Assembly: GCF_009914755.1 (NCBI RefSeq)
Contig: NC_060929.1
Direction: 5' to 3' (one strand)
Source of the DNA: the human T2T-CHM13v2.0 reference genome, Homo sapiens
DNA: 64,000 bases
The position numbers were made by a program, and so were the translations under genes. The number at the start of each line of letters is the position of its first letter. Within the stretch, counting starts at the first letter, position 1. The notes beneath the pieces are model-generated. The model saw only the letters and a list, made by a program, of their open reading frames with translations, did not search any database and was not told where the DNA came from. This document shows positions 13,040 to 25,553 of the stretch, piece after piece.

Positions 13040-13950
13040 CTTGATTCTCAATAAAGCTGAGTTCCATCATGTCTGGAATAAGGTGATGAATAAATTGGTT
13101 CCTATATTCAAGACCTTAGAAATTGAGACTAGAGTAGATAATAAACATGTGAACACATACTCATGTCCAGCACCATATGGCAATTTTTAAACAATATGGC
13201 AGAGGTATTTCAGGAGAAAGTAATTCATTCTTACCAGAAATATGTAGAAAGAGGTCAGTGAGACCAGCATAATGGAACTGGCTTTTGCAGGACTTGAGTA
13301 AGTAAAAGAGGAAAAGTAATTCCAGGTACGGGGATAGGGCACATGAAAGGAGTGAACAAATGCTAAAGGACTCATTAAAGGAATATGGAATGATTGTGTA
13401 AGACTAAATTCTAGAATCCACTGGGATGGTGGCACAACAGAAATTTGGGGCTGATGCAAAAATTAGGCCAAAAGTCACAGAAGCCAGAATGTAGACTGCC
13501 TAACGTCCAGGCATGGGATTTAGGTTCTGCTTTGTAGCAATGGCAATCCATCAAAGGATGTGTGGTATGTAAAATTCCTTTATCAGCAGCTCAGAAGAGT
13601 GGGCTCAGTAGGCAAAAGGCAGAGAAGACTAGAGGAAGGAGTATCCTTTCAGTGCTGCCTTGCCACTTGTCCAGGCAAACGAAGATGGAAACTTGATTTA
13701 TGTTGGTGTCTGTAGAGGCGGAGGAGAAGAGGTGGTTTTAAGAGACCCGGGACATAGAGAACCAACAACACCCTGTGATAAGGAGAGGGAAGGAGATGGG
13801 ACATTGAGGTTGACTCCAAGGTCTCTCACTACCTAGGGGGTCAAATGTTGATGATGCCACACACTGAAATACAAAACTGAGGAGAAGGATACATTTAGGT
13901 TTCCAACACATTGTGTATGAAACTCTAGGGGAACATTCAGGTAGAGCTGT
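13040..13950 (-). mobile_element. L2 fragments (old, degenerate)
   Basis: Purine-rich antisense L2-like segments such as GTAGCAATGGCAATCCATCAAAGG and GACTCCAAGGTCTCT; boundaries approximate. Confidence 0.45.
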
Positions 13951-14039
13951 CCTACCTTTAATTAAAAGCCTAAGCCCCTTCCCCCTCCCCATCACTTTAT
14001 TTCATACACTTATAGCTGCTTTTCACAGACTGCATACTG

Positions 14040-14205
14040 TATACTGCCTGCTAAGCTTCATGACAACTGATCTAGGCAGATGTCAACAGCCACACATTGC
14101 AGAGAAGAAAAATGAGCACTCAGAGATGTTAAACTTGCACAAGATCACACAGCTGATAATGTGCAAAGCCAGATTTGAATCCAGTTTTGCCTAATTCTAA
14201 AGGCT
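14040..14205 (-). mobile_element. MIR
   Basis: GAAAAATGAGCACTCAGAGATGTTAAACTTGCACAAGATCACACAGCT...GATTTGAATCCAG core. Confidence 0.8.
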
Positions 14206-14860
14206 TTGTCTTCCAACATATTTTGCCTTCTCCTGATCTTGTAGCATTTTTCCCTTTTACCCTAAGAGACAATTCAGCCTACCTGTTTTAATTAGATGTA
14301 TAAAACGTTGCTAGCCTGAAAAAAAATAGATTACTCACTTCATTCTTAGCCAGGGTAGAAGAAGAAATAATAAAAATACTTGCTCTGAGGCATATAGCTG
14401 AATTCTTCTGGAGTGTGGTAAGTCCAAACAAACAGATGAGAGTTTTGTGAGTTGAGCCCTAGAAACATAACTATCTTATTTCATAAGGTAAAGTGGGTAT
14501 TTTGTTAATAAGAAATCATTATTTATAAAACATTAATAAATTACCATCACCAATTCTTTGTTAAACAGTGGACTATAGAGAGAGAGTTTGGGCTCTACTT
14601 TCCTAAAGTAAATCTAGTTACTGTGTTGTGAAAATTCAGTATTTCAAGATTTCCCCACCTGTTAACATAGCTGTGATAACTGTATTTGCAAGAAGCTTTT
14701 AGAAGTCTCAGACAAAGCTGCTACTGGCGGTAAGATTTAAAATTTTCCCTCAAATATCAAATATGGAGTTCACTCTGCCACTCCTTTGGGTCAATCTGAG
14801 AGAGTTGTGGGGTAATAGAATTTTCTTAAATCTGTGATGGAGTCACACAGGTACCCACAA

Positions 14861-14978
14861 AGTGGTGGCTCTCAACCCTGAAGCACATTTAAATCACCTG
14901 AACAACAACAACAACAAAAAAAAAACACTGCCCAGGGCAGAGTGGGGCCCAGGCATCAGCCAATGTGGACAACCACTG
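14861..14978. mobile_element. MER5A-type hAT-Charlie fragment
   Basis: AGTGGTGGCTCTCAACCCTG...AATCACCTG...GGGCCCAGGCATCAG...AACCACTG. Confidence 0.55.
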
Positions 14979-15019
14979 CCCCAAGGTGGGCAGAACAGAG
15001 AAATGGGAAAGAGGTTTGG

Positions 15020-15200
15020 AAGCAGTTAACCAGTATTTAAACCGTACCTTACCACCTACTAACTTTGTCATATTTGGTAAGTTATTTAATTTCTCTGAGT
15101 GTCAGATTTTTATCTGTATAAGAATACTACATACTTGATGGAGTGATCCTGAGGATCAGGAATAAAATGCATAGTGTACTCAGCCCAGGGCTGGATGCAG
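15020..15200 (+). mobile_element. MIR
   Basis: GGTAAGTTATTTAATTTCTCTGAGTGTCAGATTTTTATCTGTA core. Confidence 0.65.
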
Positions 15201-15552
15201 AAAGAGCCAGCATGAGACACTGGGACTGGAGGACAGGCCTAGAGGAGGAACAGAAGCCTGAGCAGAGAGGCAGAAAAACAGGCCCACAAGGCAAACTTAG
15301 GCCTGCTTCAGCCTTATAAATATCTGTTTCCTGGTTCTCGTATTCTTCTTGAAAGCCAGCAAGAGGTTGGCTCGGAAAGAAGGAGAAATTTTACCATGAG
15401 AAAGGCCTGCAATGTGGAAAAGCTGGATGCTCCCAATCACCTTTTTGTTTGTTTGTTTTTGTTTTTGACCATGGGAAGGTTTGTGCCACCTGTGCCCAAC
15501 TTGAAACCTATCTCTAGGGATTTGGTGCTTACTCTAGAACATTATACTATCC

Positions 15553-15748
15553 TAGTGGTTCTTAGGGTGTAGTCCCCAGACCAGCAGCTTAGCATCTTAT
15601 AAATGTATTAGAAGTGTGTTAGAAATGCAAAAGCCTTGGGGCCCTCCCCAGGCCAACTGAATCAGAAACTCTGGGAATAAGGCCCGCAATCTGTGTTTTT
15701 AAAAGCCCCCAGATGAATCTGATGTGTGCTAAAGTTTAAGAACCACTA
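15553..15748 (+). mobile_element. MER5A
   Basis: TAGTGGTTCTTAGGGTGTAGTCCCCAGACCAGCAGC...TGAATCAGAAACTCTGGG...AAGTTTAAGAACCACTA with terminal inverted repeats. Confidence 0.85.
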
Positions 15749-15752
15749 TATT

Positions 15753-16067
<315 letters not shown>

Positions 16068-16547
16068 TTATAGTAAGTTCTCTCAGCAATAAAAATGGTT
16101 AGCAATAAGTAAAAGCCACAGCACTTTTCACTTCATTCACTGCTGTGTCATGTTAAATTCCTAATTCTTGTATTCTTGCCCAATATATTTAATAAAGGAG
16201 GGAATATCAAAATAATTGAATTATTCTTCAGAAGGAAATCGAATATCATCCCTTAGACTTCACTTGATAAAGCTCCAAGACATTTAAAATTACCTTTTTA
16301 CATATTAATATGATATATCTACCTCTGCATGAATGTATGTTCTTTCATATGTTTAAACACGTATTTGTGCTTTTCGAGGGTGTCCTTTCATCATCACTTT
16401 TCCAGATATCTCAGTTTACTCAGCTGCTCTTTACAATTAAGTTTGTTCTTTAAGTCAGTTGGTCTGGCCACGATGCTCTTCACAGCACAAGGAGAGACTG
16501 CCGGTGCAGAAGGTAAGGGTCTGGTACCAGCCCAGAATAGGTGGGCC

Positions 16548-17023
16548 TTTTTTTCTTTTTTAATAGGTTTTATTTGTTTGTAATTGACAAATAATGATTG
16601 AACATATGGGGTACATTGTGATGGCTCAGTATACATTTTGTAATGATCAAACCAGAGTAATTATCATATTCATCACCTCAAACATTTATCATTTCTTTGT
16701 GGTGAGAGCATACAAAATCCTCTCTTCCAGCTATTTTGAAATATATAGTATATTACTATTAACTGTAGTCCCTGTACTGTGTAATAGGACACCAGAACTT
16801 ATTGCTCCTGTCTATCTGAAATTGTGTACCCTTCGACCAACATCTCCCCTTTCCCTGTCCACACCCTTCCCCCAGTCTAGTCTAGTCTCTACATCTACAA
16901 GTTCAATTTTTTAGATTCCACATATGAGTGAGATCAAACAATATTTGTCTCTCTGTGCCTGGTTTATTTTACTTAACATAAAGTCCTCCAGGTTCATCAA
17001 TGTTGTACCAAATGACAGAATGT
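16548..17023 (-). mobile_element. L1MA-type 3' UTR fragment
   Basis: T-rich tail, then CATCACCTCAAACATTTATCATTTCTTTGTGGTGAGA and TTTTTTAGATTCCACATATGAGTGAGATC. Confidence 0.85.
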
Positions 17024-17024
17024 C

Positions 17025-17185
17025 CTAGGTTTAATCCCACCCCTGCTACTAACTAGCTGTGTTCTTAGGCAAATGGCAAATGGCAAATGGCTTAATCTCT
17101 GAGAGCTTGTTTCCTTATCTATGGAAATGAGGTTAACAGTAATACCACCCCATGCCTCATAAGGTTTTTGTGGACTAGGTTTAAT
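17025..17185 (+). mobile_element. MIR
   Basis: CTACTAACTAGCTGTGTTCTTAGGCAAAT...CTTAATCTCTGAGAGCTTGTTTCCTTATCT. Confidence 0.7.
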
Positions 17186-17219
17186 ACTCAATAAATACTA
17201 CCTGTTTGTATTATGACTT

Positions 17220-18041
17220 TGTGAAAGTTGTCAAAATTAAAATTGAATTGCTTACATTAAAAAAAAAAACTTGACAAATCGAGCCAGGGAAGGCTATGAA
17301 GAGAAAGTTCTCATGCATAAATATATGACAACAAAAACTATCACAAAAGATTGCAAAAACTGCAATCTCACATAAAGGCCATTACAGGATATTAGTCCAT
17401 TCTTGCATTGTTATAAAGAACTACCTGAGACTGGGTAATTAATAAAGAAAAGAGGTTTAATTGGCTCATGGTTCTGCAGGCTGTACAGGAAGCATGACTG
17501 GGAAGACCTCAGAAAACTTACAATCATAGTGGAATGTGAAGAGGAAGGAGGCACATCTTCCAAGGCCAGAGCAGGCAGAAGAAAGAGCAGGAGGAGGTGC
17601 TACACACTTTTAAACAAGCAGATCTCGTAAGAATTTACTATCACAAGAACAGCAAAGGGAAAATCCACCCCCATGATCTAATAATCACCTCCCACCAAGC
17701 CTCTCCTCCAACACCGGGGATTACAATTCAACGTGAGATTTGAGCAGGGACACAAATCCAAACCATATTACACACCTTACACAAAAATACTTCTGCAAGG
17801 ACATCTACCCAGAAACAACCTGTCCAGCCTCAGACAGACATCACCCTTCTTATTGATCCTTGTAACCAAAAGTAATTATCTCAAAACAATTATGTAATCC
17901 TCATCATTTTTCCTTTAAAAACCTTTACCTCCTTGAGTATTCACATAGTTTACTATAGTACATGTATTCCCATTGCAATATCCTATTCTGAATAAATATC
18001 ATTTTCTTTTAGAGAGCCTCTCTCTGTTACATAGGTTGACA
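17220..18041 (+). mobile_element. MER65-type ERV1 solo LTR, interrupted by MSTA
   Basis: TGTGAAAGTTGTCA start, AGGTTGACA end, AATAAA near the 3' end; 4-bp TSD ACTT at 17216-17219 and 18042-18045. Confidence 0.85.
17388..17770 (-). mobile_element. MaLR LTR, MSTA-type
   Basis: ATTAGTCCATTCTTGCATTG...CTGAGACTGGGTAATT...GCAGGCTGTACAGGAAGCATG...GGGACACAAATCCAAACCATAT. Confidence 0.9.
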
Positions 18042-18155
18042 ACTTCCAGAAGCATCTTTGCTTTTAATGAAGATATAAAATACGTGCAAATTTTTGAAGA
18101 AGACATGAAGTAGAAATATAGGATTTTTATGGACTTTGAGATAAACCATTTAAAG

Positions 18156-18300
18156 CAGTGCTTTCCAAACCTTAACATGTACACAAATCACTAATAATCT
18201 TGTTAAAATCCAAATATTGATCCAGTATGTCTGAGGTGGGGTCTGATATTCTGCAGTTCCAACAGGCTCCAACAATGCCAATGCTCTTGTCCTGGGCTGA
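18156..18300. mobile_element. MER5B-type fragment
   Basis: CAGTGCTTTCCAAAC...ATCTTGTTAAAAT...GTCTGAGGTGGGGTCTGATATTCTGCA. Confidence 0.65.
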
Positions 18301-18612
18301 AATCACTGAGCTCATGTCCTGGAATATGTGAATCATCCAGTAAACATCAGCTGTTGGTACCGTGACTTCCAGAAACCTCTTTGATTTTAATTAAAATTGT
18401 AAGTATTTGTATGTCTTTGAAGTAGGTGACATTAAGTGGATCTTTCAAAACCAGAGGATGATTATAAGATGTAACTATTCTTAATTACTTTGTTTTGGTA
18501 CAAAAAGGGGGAAGGAATGTCTTTTCTTTCTATCCTTTTAATTTAAAGGGAAAATGCTTTTCCCTTTCTTACTCAGGGGGGCATTTTTAAATGCCTTAAT
18601 TCAAAAGTCTAA

Positions 18613-19109
18613 GTCAATGCTGGAATGAGCTAAGACTTTGGGGGACTGTGGGCATGGCATGATTGGTTTTGAAATGTGAGGAGATGAGATTTGGGAGGGG
18701 CCAGAGGTGAAATGATATGGTTTGGCTGTGTCCCCACTCAAATCTCATCTTGAATTATAGCTCCCATAATCCCCACATGTCCTGGGAGGGACACAGTGGG
18801 AGGTAATTGAATTATTGGGGGCAGGTTTTTCCCATGTTGTTATCATGATAGTGAATAAGTCTCACAAGATCTGATTGTTTCAAAAAGGGCCATTCCCGTG
18901 CACATGCTCTTGCCTGCCACCATGTAAGATGTGCCTTTGCTCTTTATTTATCTTCCACCATGATTGTGAGGCCTCCACAGACTGCTGAACTGTGAGCCAT
19001 CAAGCTTCCTGTACAGCCAGTGGAACCATAAGCCAATTAAACCTCTTTTCTTTGTAAAGTACCCCGTCTCAGGTATGTCTTCATAGCAGTGCAAGAACAG
19101 ACTAATACA
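18613..19109 (+). mobile_element. THE1 internal 3' end plus 3' LTR (LTR 18713-19109)
   Basis: AATGCTGGAATGAGCTAAGACTTTGGGGGACTG...GGGAGGGGCCAGAGG polypurine tract, then TGATATGGTTTGGCTGTGTCCCC...GACTAATACA. Confidence 0.9.
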
Positions 19110-21345
19110 ATATGTAAATCAATAAATGTGGTTCACCACACAAACAGAATTAAAAACAATAACCATATGATTATCTCAATAGATACGAAAAGGCATTCGA
19201 TAAAATCCAACATCTTTTCATGACAAAAATCCTCAAGAAAGTAGGCATCAAAGGAACATACCTCAAAATAACAACAGCCATCTTCAGCAGACCCACAGTG
19301 AACATCATACTGAATGGACCAAAGTTGAAAACATTTCCCTCAAGAGCTGGAACAAGATAAGGATATCCACTCTTACCACTCCTATTCAACACAGTACTAA
19401 AAGTCCTAGCCAGAGCAATCAGGCAAAAGAAAGAAAGAAAAGGCACCCAAATAGTAAAAGAGGAAGTCAAATTATTCCTGTTAATTGACAATATGATTCT
19501 ACACCTAGAAAACCCTCAGGATTCCTACAAAAGAATCCCAGACCTGATAGAAAACTTCAGTAAAGTTTCAGGGAACAAAATCAATGTACAAAAATCTGTA
19601 GCTTTTATGCACTCCAGGACATTCAAGCTGAGAACCAAATTAAGAACATAATCCCATTTACAATAGCCACACACATACACACACACACGCACAGTTAGGA
19701 ATGCGTCTAACCGTGGAGGGGAAAGATGTCTGCAAAGAGCATTACAAAACAGTGACGGAAGAAATCATAAATGACACAAACATGGGAAAACATTCCATGC
19801 TCTAAATGTCCATACTGCCCAAAGCAATTAACAGATTTAACACAATTCCTATCAAATTACCAACATTATTTTTTCATGGAATTAGAAAAAACAATCTTAA
19901 AATTCATATGGAACCAACAGAGTCATAATAACCAAGGTAATCCTAAACAAAAAGAACAAAGACTACAGTAACCAAAACAGCATGGTACTGGTGCAAAAAT
20001 AGACACATAGACCCATGTAACAGAATGCAGAACCCAGAAACAGAGCCACTCATCTACAAACAACTGATCTTTAACAAAAGGTGACAAAAATAAACAATGG
20101 ATAAAGGACACCCTGTTCGACAAATGGTGCTGGGAAAACTGGTTAGCCATGTGCAGAAGAATAAAACTGGACCCCTACCTCTCACCATATACAAAAATTA
20201 ACTCAAGATGGATTAAAGGCTTAAATGTAAGACCTCAAACTATTAAAATACTACAAGAAAGCCTACAAAAAATGTCTTCTGGATATGGGCCTAGGGAAAG
20301 AATTTATGCTTAAGACCTCAAAAGCAAATGTAATAAAATTAAAAATTGAAACCTAATTAAACCAAATACTTTCTGCACAGCAAAAGAAGCTATCAACAGA
20401 GTAAGGAGACAGCCTACAAAATGGGAGAAGATATTTACAAACTATACATCTGACAAAGGACTAATATTCAGAATCTATACTTAACTTAAATCAACAAGAA
20501 AAAACCCATTAAAAATTGGGCATAGGATATGAACAGACACTTCTCAAAAAAAGACATACAAGCAGCCAACAAGCATATGGAAAAATGCTCGACAACACTA
20601 ATAATCAGGGAAATGCAAGTCAAAAACCGCATGAGACACCATCTCACACCAATCACATAGCTATTATTAAAACGTCAAAAAATAACAGATGTTGGTGAGG
20701 ATGCAGAGAAAAGGGAACACCTATACACTGTCGATGGAAATGTAAATTTGTTCAGCCACTGTGGAGAGCAGTTTGGAGTTTCCTTGAAGAACTAAAAATA
20801 GCACTACAATTTGACCCAGGAATCCCATTACCATGTGTCTATCCAAAGGAAAAGAAATAGTTCTACTAAAACTATTCCTGTACTTGTATGTTCATGGCAG
20901 CACTATTCACAATAGCAAAGTCATGGTGCCCACTAATGGTGGCTTAGATGAAGAATATGAGATACTTAGACACTATGGAATACCATTCAGCCTTAAAAAG
21001 GAATGAAATCATGTCCTTTGCAGCAACATGGATGCAGCAGGAGGACATTATCCTAAATGAATTAACACAGAAACAGAAAGTCAAATACCACATATTCTCA
21101 TTATAAGTGAGAGCTAAACATTGCATGCATGTGGGCATAAGATGGGAACAATAACACTAAGGACTCCAAAACAGGGAGGGAGGAAAGAGAGCAAGAGTTG
21201 AAAAACTACTTACTGGGTACTATGTTCACTCTCTGGGTGTTGGGTTCAATAGAAGCCCAAACCTCAGCATTTCACAATATATCCACGTAACAAACCTGCA
21301 TACATACCCGCTGAATCTAAAATTTGAAGAAAATAAAACAAAAAC
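19110..21345 (+). mobile_element. L1 (L1PB-like), degenerate 3' half of ORF2 plus 3' UTR
   Basis: Decayed RT motifs ([14 protein letters not shown]-like at about 19172, GTRQGCPLSPLLFN-like at about 19349, FADDM-like at about 19480) with stops and frameshifts; 3' UTR ends AACAAACCTGCA...TGAATCTAAAAT followed by an A-rich tail. Confidence 0.92.
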
Positions 21346-21379
21346 AGAGAAATCTGCACTTGTACCGGTTTAAAGAAAT

Positions 21380-22190
21380 AAATACGTTTTAATCTAATCA
21401 AATATATCAAATCTTTTACTTTATAATTTTGGTTTACTGGATTTTGTTAATATGCTCTTTCTTACACTGAGATTATGCAAAAATTCTTCTGCATTTTCCT
21501 CAAACTTATTTTAGTTTTGCTTTAGATGTTTAGATCTCTTATCAACGGGGTAACAATTTATCTTTGTGTATGATATAAACAAGAAGTCTAAATAAATATA
21601 CACACATATATACATACATACACACATATATACATGTGTAAATACACAGTACATGTAATTTTTCTCTGTGGGTAACCAATTAATGTTTATCAGTTAGCCC
21701 ATGCATGTTCTATTGATTTGTAATGCCACTGCTTCATGTATCCAATTTCCAAATATGTATGAGTCTCTTTCTGAACTCTCTATTCTGTTCCACTGGCAAG
21801 TCATCCATCACTGTGCCAATAGCACACTGCCTGAACTACTATAGTTTTATAATAAGTCTTGATATCTGGTAGAGTGACCCTCTCCATCTTCTTCTCTTTC
21901 AGAATTGTCTATTCCTAGCTGTTTTCTTCCATTCAAATTTTGAAATAAGCTTGTCAAGTTCAGCAATAAAAATCCAGTTGAGGTTATAATTTGAATTGCA
22001 TTAGAATAGATGGATTTGAAGATGAATGACAGTTTTCTTCTTATCCTTGAACATGGTTTCATCTCTCCTTTCATTTAAGTATTCTCGAAGGTCTTTCAAT
22101 GAAATTTCATACTTTTTTCATATTTGCACATCCTTTGTTAGATTTAATACTAGGTACTTCAGATTTTGTAATACTACTATTTGTGCTATC
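21380..22190 (-). mobile_element. Old L1M (L1ME-like) ORF2 fragment
   Basis: CTCTATTCTGTTCCACTGG, ATAATAAGTCTTGATATCTGGTAG and TTTGTTAGATTTAATACTAGGTA antisense L1 motifs. Confidence 0.75.
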
Positions 22191-22850
22191 TGTATTTTCT
22201 GTTTAAGTCTTCACAACCCTATGAGTTAGATATTTTCACGTTCATTTTCTAGCTAAGGAAACTAAGGTCCAGAAAGATTAAGTAACTCACCATGTTATCA
22301 GTAGTCAGTGATGGGGACGGGATGCAAAACAAGTTCTATCTGACCCCAAATTCTGTGTTCTTAACCTCCAATCCATACTCTGTCTTCTGATGATTGTCTT
22401 TAAAGCATTTTTAAATGAAACAACTTAAGGGTATTCAAAGGCACAAAACAACAACAACAATAGTAACTACCTATCTCCCTGGAGAAAACGTTAAGTACCT
22501 CAAACTTTATTCTCTATACAAATAACCTGGGACTTCTATTACAATGTACATCTTAATCCTGTAGGTCTGGGGTGGAGCCTGCAAATATTTAGGTATTCCC
22601 AAATGTCTTTCAATGAAATTTTATACTTTTTAAAATAATTGCACATCTTTTGTTAGATTTAATACTGGGTGCCTTATACTGTTTTTTAAATTGTTGTTCA
22701 TTTATCTGCATTGTGAGGCTGGGTATCCTCACAGCCCTATGAGTTAGATGTTTTATGTCTATTTTGTAATGAAGGAATCTAAGGTATAAAGTAACTAACA
22801 ATATATCATCAGCAGTAAGTGACCAGGTAATACAAATGCTGCCGGTCCAA
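22073..22850 (+). repeat. Diverged direct duplication of about 270 bp (22073-22350 and 22587-22850)
   Basis: Shared blocks in the same order: GTCTTTCAATGAAATT, TTGCACATC-TTTGTTAGATTTAATACT, CCCTATGAGTTAGAT, AAGGAA-CTAAGGT. Confidence 0.85.
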
Positions 22851-22930
22851 GGAACCCCTTCCAGAACCACCACTAACTCTACAGCATTTTCTGGTGAGGA
22901 ACCCTTTAATTAACATGATTAAAGGTGAGA

Positions 22931-22949
22931 ACTCCACCAGATGGCAGCA
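22931..22949 (+). promoter_or_regulatory. CTCF motif
   Basis: ACTCCACCAGATGGCAGCA, near-ideal CCACCAGRKGGCRGC core in apparently non-repetitive DNA. Confidence 0.6.
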
Positions 22950-23709
22950 GAAGCTCATCATTTTGTCTCAAATGATTCCATTTCCCTCTGGATGGAGTGT
23001 TAGCTGTTGGCAAATGCCTGACTCGTTAGGTTATTGCGGTGAAGTGAATCAGAATCAGGGCCTTTCACTCCTGATGCTGTGTGCAATCTTACCTACTACA
23101 GCGCCTCAGTGTTGACAAGGGATTTTCAGCAAAAGCATCCAGCCGGGACATGCCCACGAGCTTCTCCCAAAAACCTTATGGCAGGAGGCTTATAAATGAG
23201 AATGAAAACTGTTTTCCATGGGTTGCTTTTTCATCACAGTGAGTTCAATTTAGGTACTTAACCAAGAAAAGGAAACATGATTTGAAATGTTTGGCAGGGG
23301 ATTAGAAGAGGAAATGATTCATTCACTGTGGGGAACGGGAAGCTATTCAGGCAGATAAACCTGAAACAGAGTCCAAAGATTCAGAGGAAATCCAAGAATA
23401 ATGCCAGGGACCCACCTCCATCCAAAGCCTAGGCCCAGCCTCTCCCCAGGGGTGCCAGATTACCCCTCTTCCTCAGTGCTTTTTTTCTTTTTAAAAACTG
23501 AATATATATATATAGTTGAATTATGAAAAGGATCCATCATCTTGTACTGCTCCCACCCTAAGCTTGGTAAAATGAGGCACCTGTCACTAAGAAGGCTAAT
23601 GAGTTCATTATATTCTCTTGCCTTTTAGTTACTTAAAAGCAATAATTTGGGCACTGGGGAGGCCCTCAGCGCTGCCTTGAGTGAGCTGTGAGTAGGCTTT
23701 AGCCTAGTA

Positions 23710-24067
23710 TAGGCAGCCCCCAAATTTCAATAGTTCAACTTAAGATTTTTGAACTTTACGATGGTGCAGAAATCATATGCATTCAGTAGAAGCTGTACTT
23801 GGAGTACCCATACAGCAATTCAATTCTGTTTTTCAATTTCAGTACAATATTCAATACATTACATGAGATATTCAGCACTTTATTATAAAACAGGCTTTGT
23901 GTTAGATGATTTGCCCAACCACAGGCTATTGTAATTGTTGGAGCATATTTAAGGTAAGCTAGGCTAAACTATGATGTTCAGCAGCTTTGGTGTATTAAGT
24001 GCATTTTTGACTTACAATATTTTCTATTTCCAGTAAGTTTATCCCATCGTAAGCCAAAGAGCAGCTG
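23710..24067 (-). mobile_element. MER47A (Tigger family)
   Basis: CTTTACGATGGTGC...CATTCAGTAGAA...TTTAAGGTAAGCTAGGCTAAACTATGATGTTC...CCCATCGTAAG; TA on both sides (23708-23709, 24068-24069). Confidence 0.85.
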
Positions 24068-24535
24068 TACAGGATGGCATTTGGCAGTCCCTAGGCAGGT
24101 CTCACTTCCTCCTCTCCCCTTACTCTGCCATAACCATCTCTCCCATTGACTCAGTCAGCACTGTCTGTGCTGCTGCACAGGGCTGTCTCCCAGAGTGTGT
24201 TCACATAGTCCAGTCTATCAGATTGCTTTGCTAATGTGCCAATGGCAACAGGGAGAATGAAACAGACAAGGATTCTGTGGGCTGTCCTTGGCTGAGACGC
24301 ACATTGAGGGAGAATTCAACCTGCTCCACCACGCCAGGCCCCAGGGAAGGAGGCCAGGGAGCCTAAGAGGGGTCAGGTGGAGGTGTATGGTAGTGAGTAG
24401 GGAATCAGGAGATTATCAGCCGTCCTATTATTTAATGGTTCTTGCTTCAAGCATTTGCTGGGAAAGAGGGGTCCCGAGAACAGGTCCATGCCACTGAGAC
24501 TCAGTGACTTATACTAGGGCAAGTGTAAATGTTCT

Positions 24536-24979
24536 GGTATTAGGGTTCTCTTGACAACCAGAACTAATAGGGTAAATATATATTAGAGTTTATTAAGGAG
24601 TATTAACTCACATGGTCACAAGGTCCTACAATCGGCCATCTGCAAGCTGAGGAGCAAGGAAGCCAGTCTGAGTCCCAAAACTGAAGAACTGGGAGTCCAA
24701 TGTTCAAGGGCAGGAAGGATCCAGCACAGGAGAAAGATGTAGGCTAGGAGGCTAGGCCAGTCTAGTCTTTTCACGTTTTTCTGCCTGTTTTATATTCTGG
24801 CCATGCCGGCAGCTGATTAGATGGTGTTCGTGTTCACCCAGATTAAGGGTGGGTCTGTCTTTCCGAGCCCACTGACTCAAACGTTAATCTTCTTTGGCAA
24901 CACCCTCACAGATACACCCAGGATCGATACTTTGCATCCTTCAATCCAATCAAGTTGACACTCAGTATTAACCATCACA
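24536..24979 (-). mobile_element. ERVL solo LTR, MLT2A-type
   Basis: GTATTAGGGTTCTCT...CTGCAAGCTGAGGAGCAAGGAAGCCAGTC...CAAGTTGACACTCAGTATTAACCATCACA; flanks GTTCT/GTTTA. Confidence 0.9.
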
Positions 24980-25269
24980 GTTTACATCTCAGGCTCCAAG
25001 TGTTAAATCTTCATCCATAGCTCTAGAAGATGTTCATCTAAGCATGGAAGTGATGCTCTGTAGGGCAGTGTCCTAAGGGAGCCCCTCCCTTAACCCTTCT
25101 CCAGCCTGTGAGGTCCTACTGAAGAGTCAGAGACAGAAAGCAACCAAGTAGGTTCCTCCTGACAAGAAGCTTCTAGAAGTCAGGAATTCCAGCCTCATGT
25201 ATGGCCACCATCCACTTTAGTGCCTGGGACATTGATGTGGCACAGACTGTATTGCTAATTAACTTGCAT

Positions 25270-25440
25270 GTATCATCACACTCCATCCTCACCAAGATTC
25301 TCTGAGGTAGGCACTGGTACCATCTTCACTTTACAGGGAAGAGAACAGCAGCTTAGCAGGTCAGGGTACTTCTCCAAAATCATGTGGCTACAGGATGTGG
25401 AGTTGGGGTATGAACTTAAAACTGAGGTCCAGGGTCCAAT
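25270..25440 (-). mobile_element. MIR
   Basis: CTCTGAGGTAGGCACTGGTACCATCTTCACTTTACAG...CTTCTCCAAAATCATGTGGCTA. Confidence 0.55.
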
Positions 25441-25463
25441 GTGTGGCCTCTTAGACACCAAGC

Positions 25464-25487
25464 GCTCGCTCGCTCTCTCTCTCTCTC

Positions 25488-25541
<54 letters not shown>

Positions 25542-25553
25542 TATACATATACA
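25464..25553. repeat. Compound microsatellite (GCTC)n(CT)n(TA)n(CA)n(CATATA)n
   Basis: Directly visible. Confidence 0.95.

Noticed and set aside
19110-20700. Reverse-transcriptase coding sequence as an active gene
   Set aside because: It is decayed L1 ORF2 with stops and frameshifts, an altered catalytic motif and no 5' end
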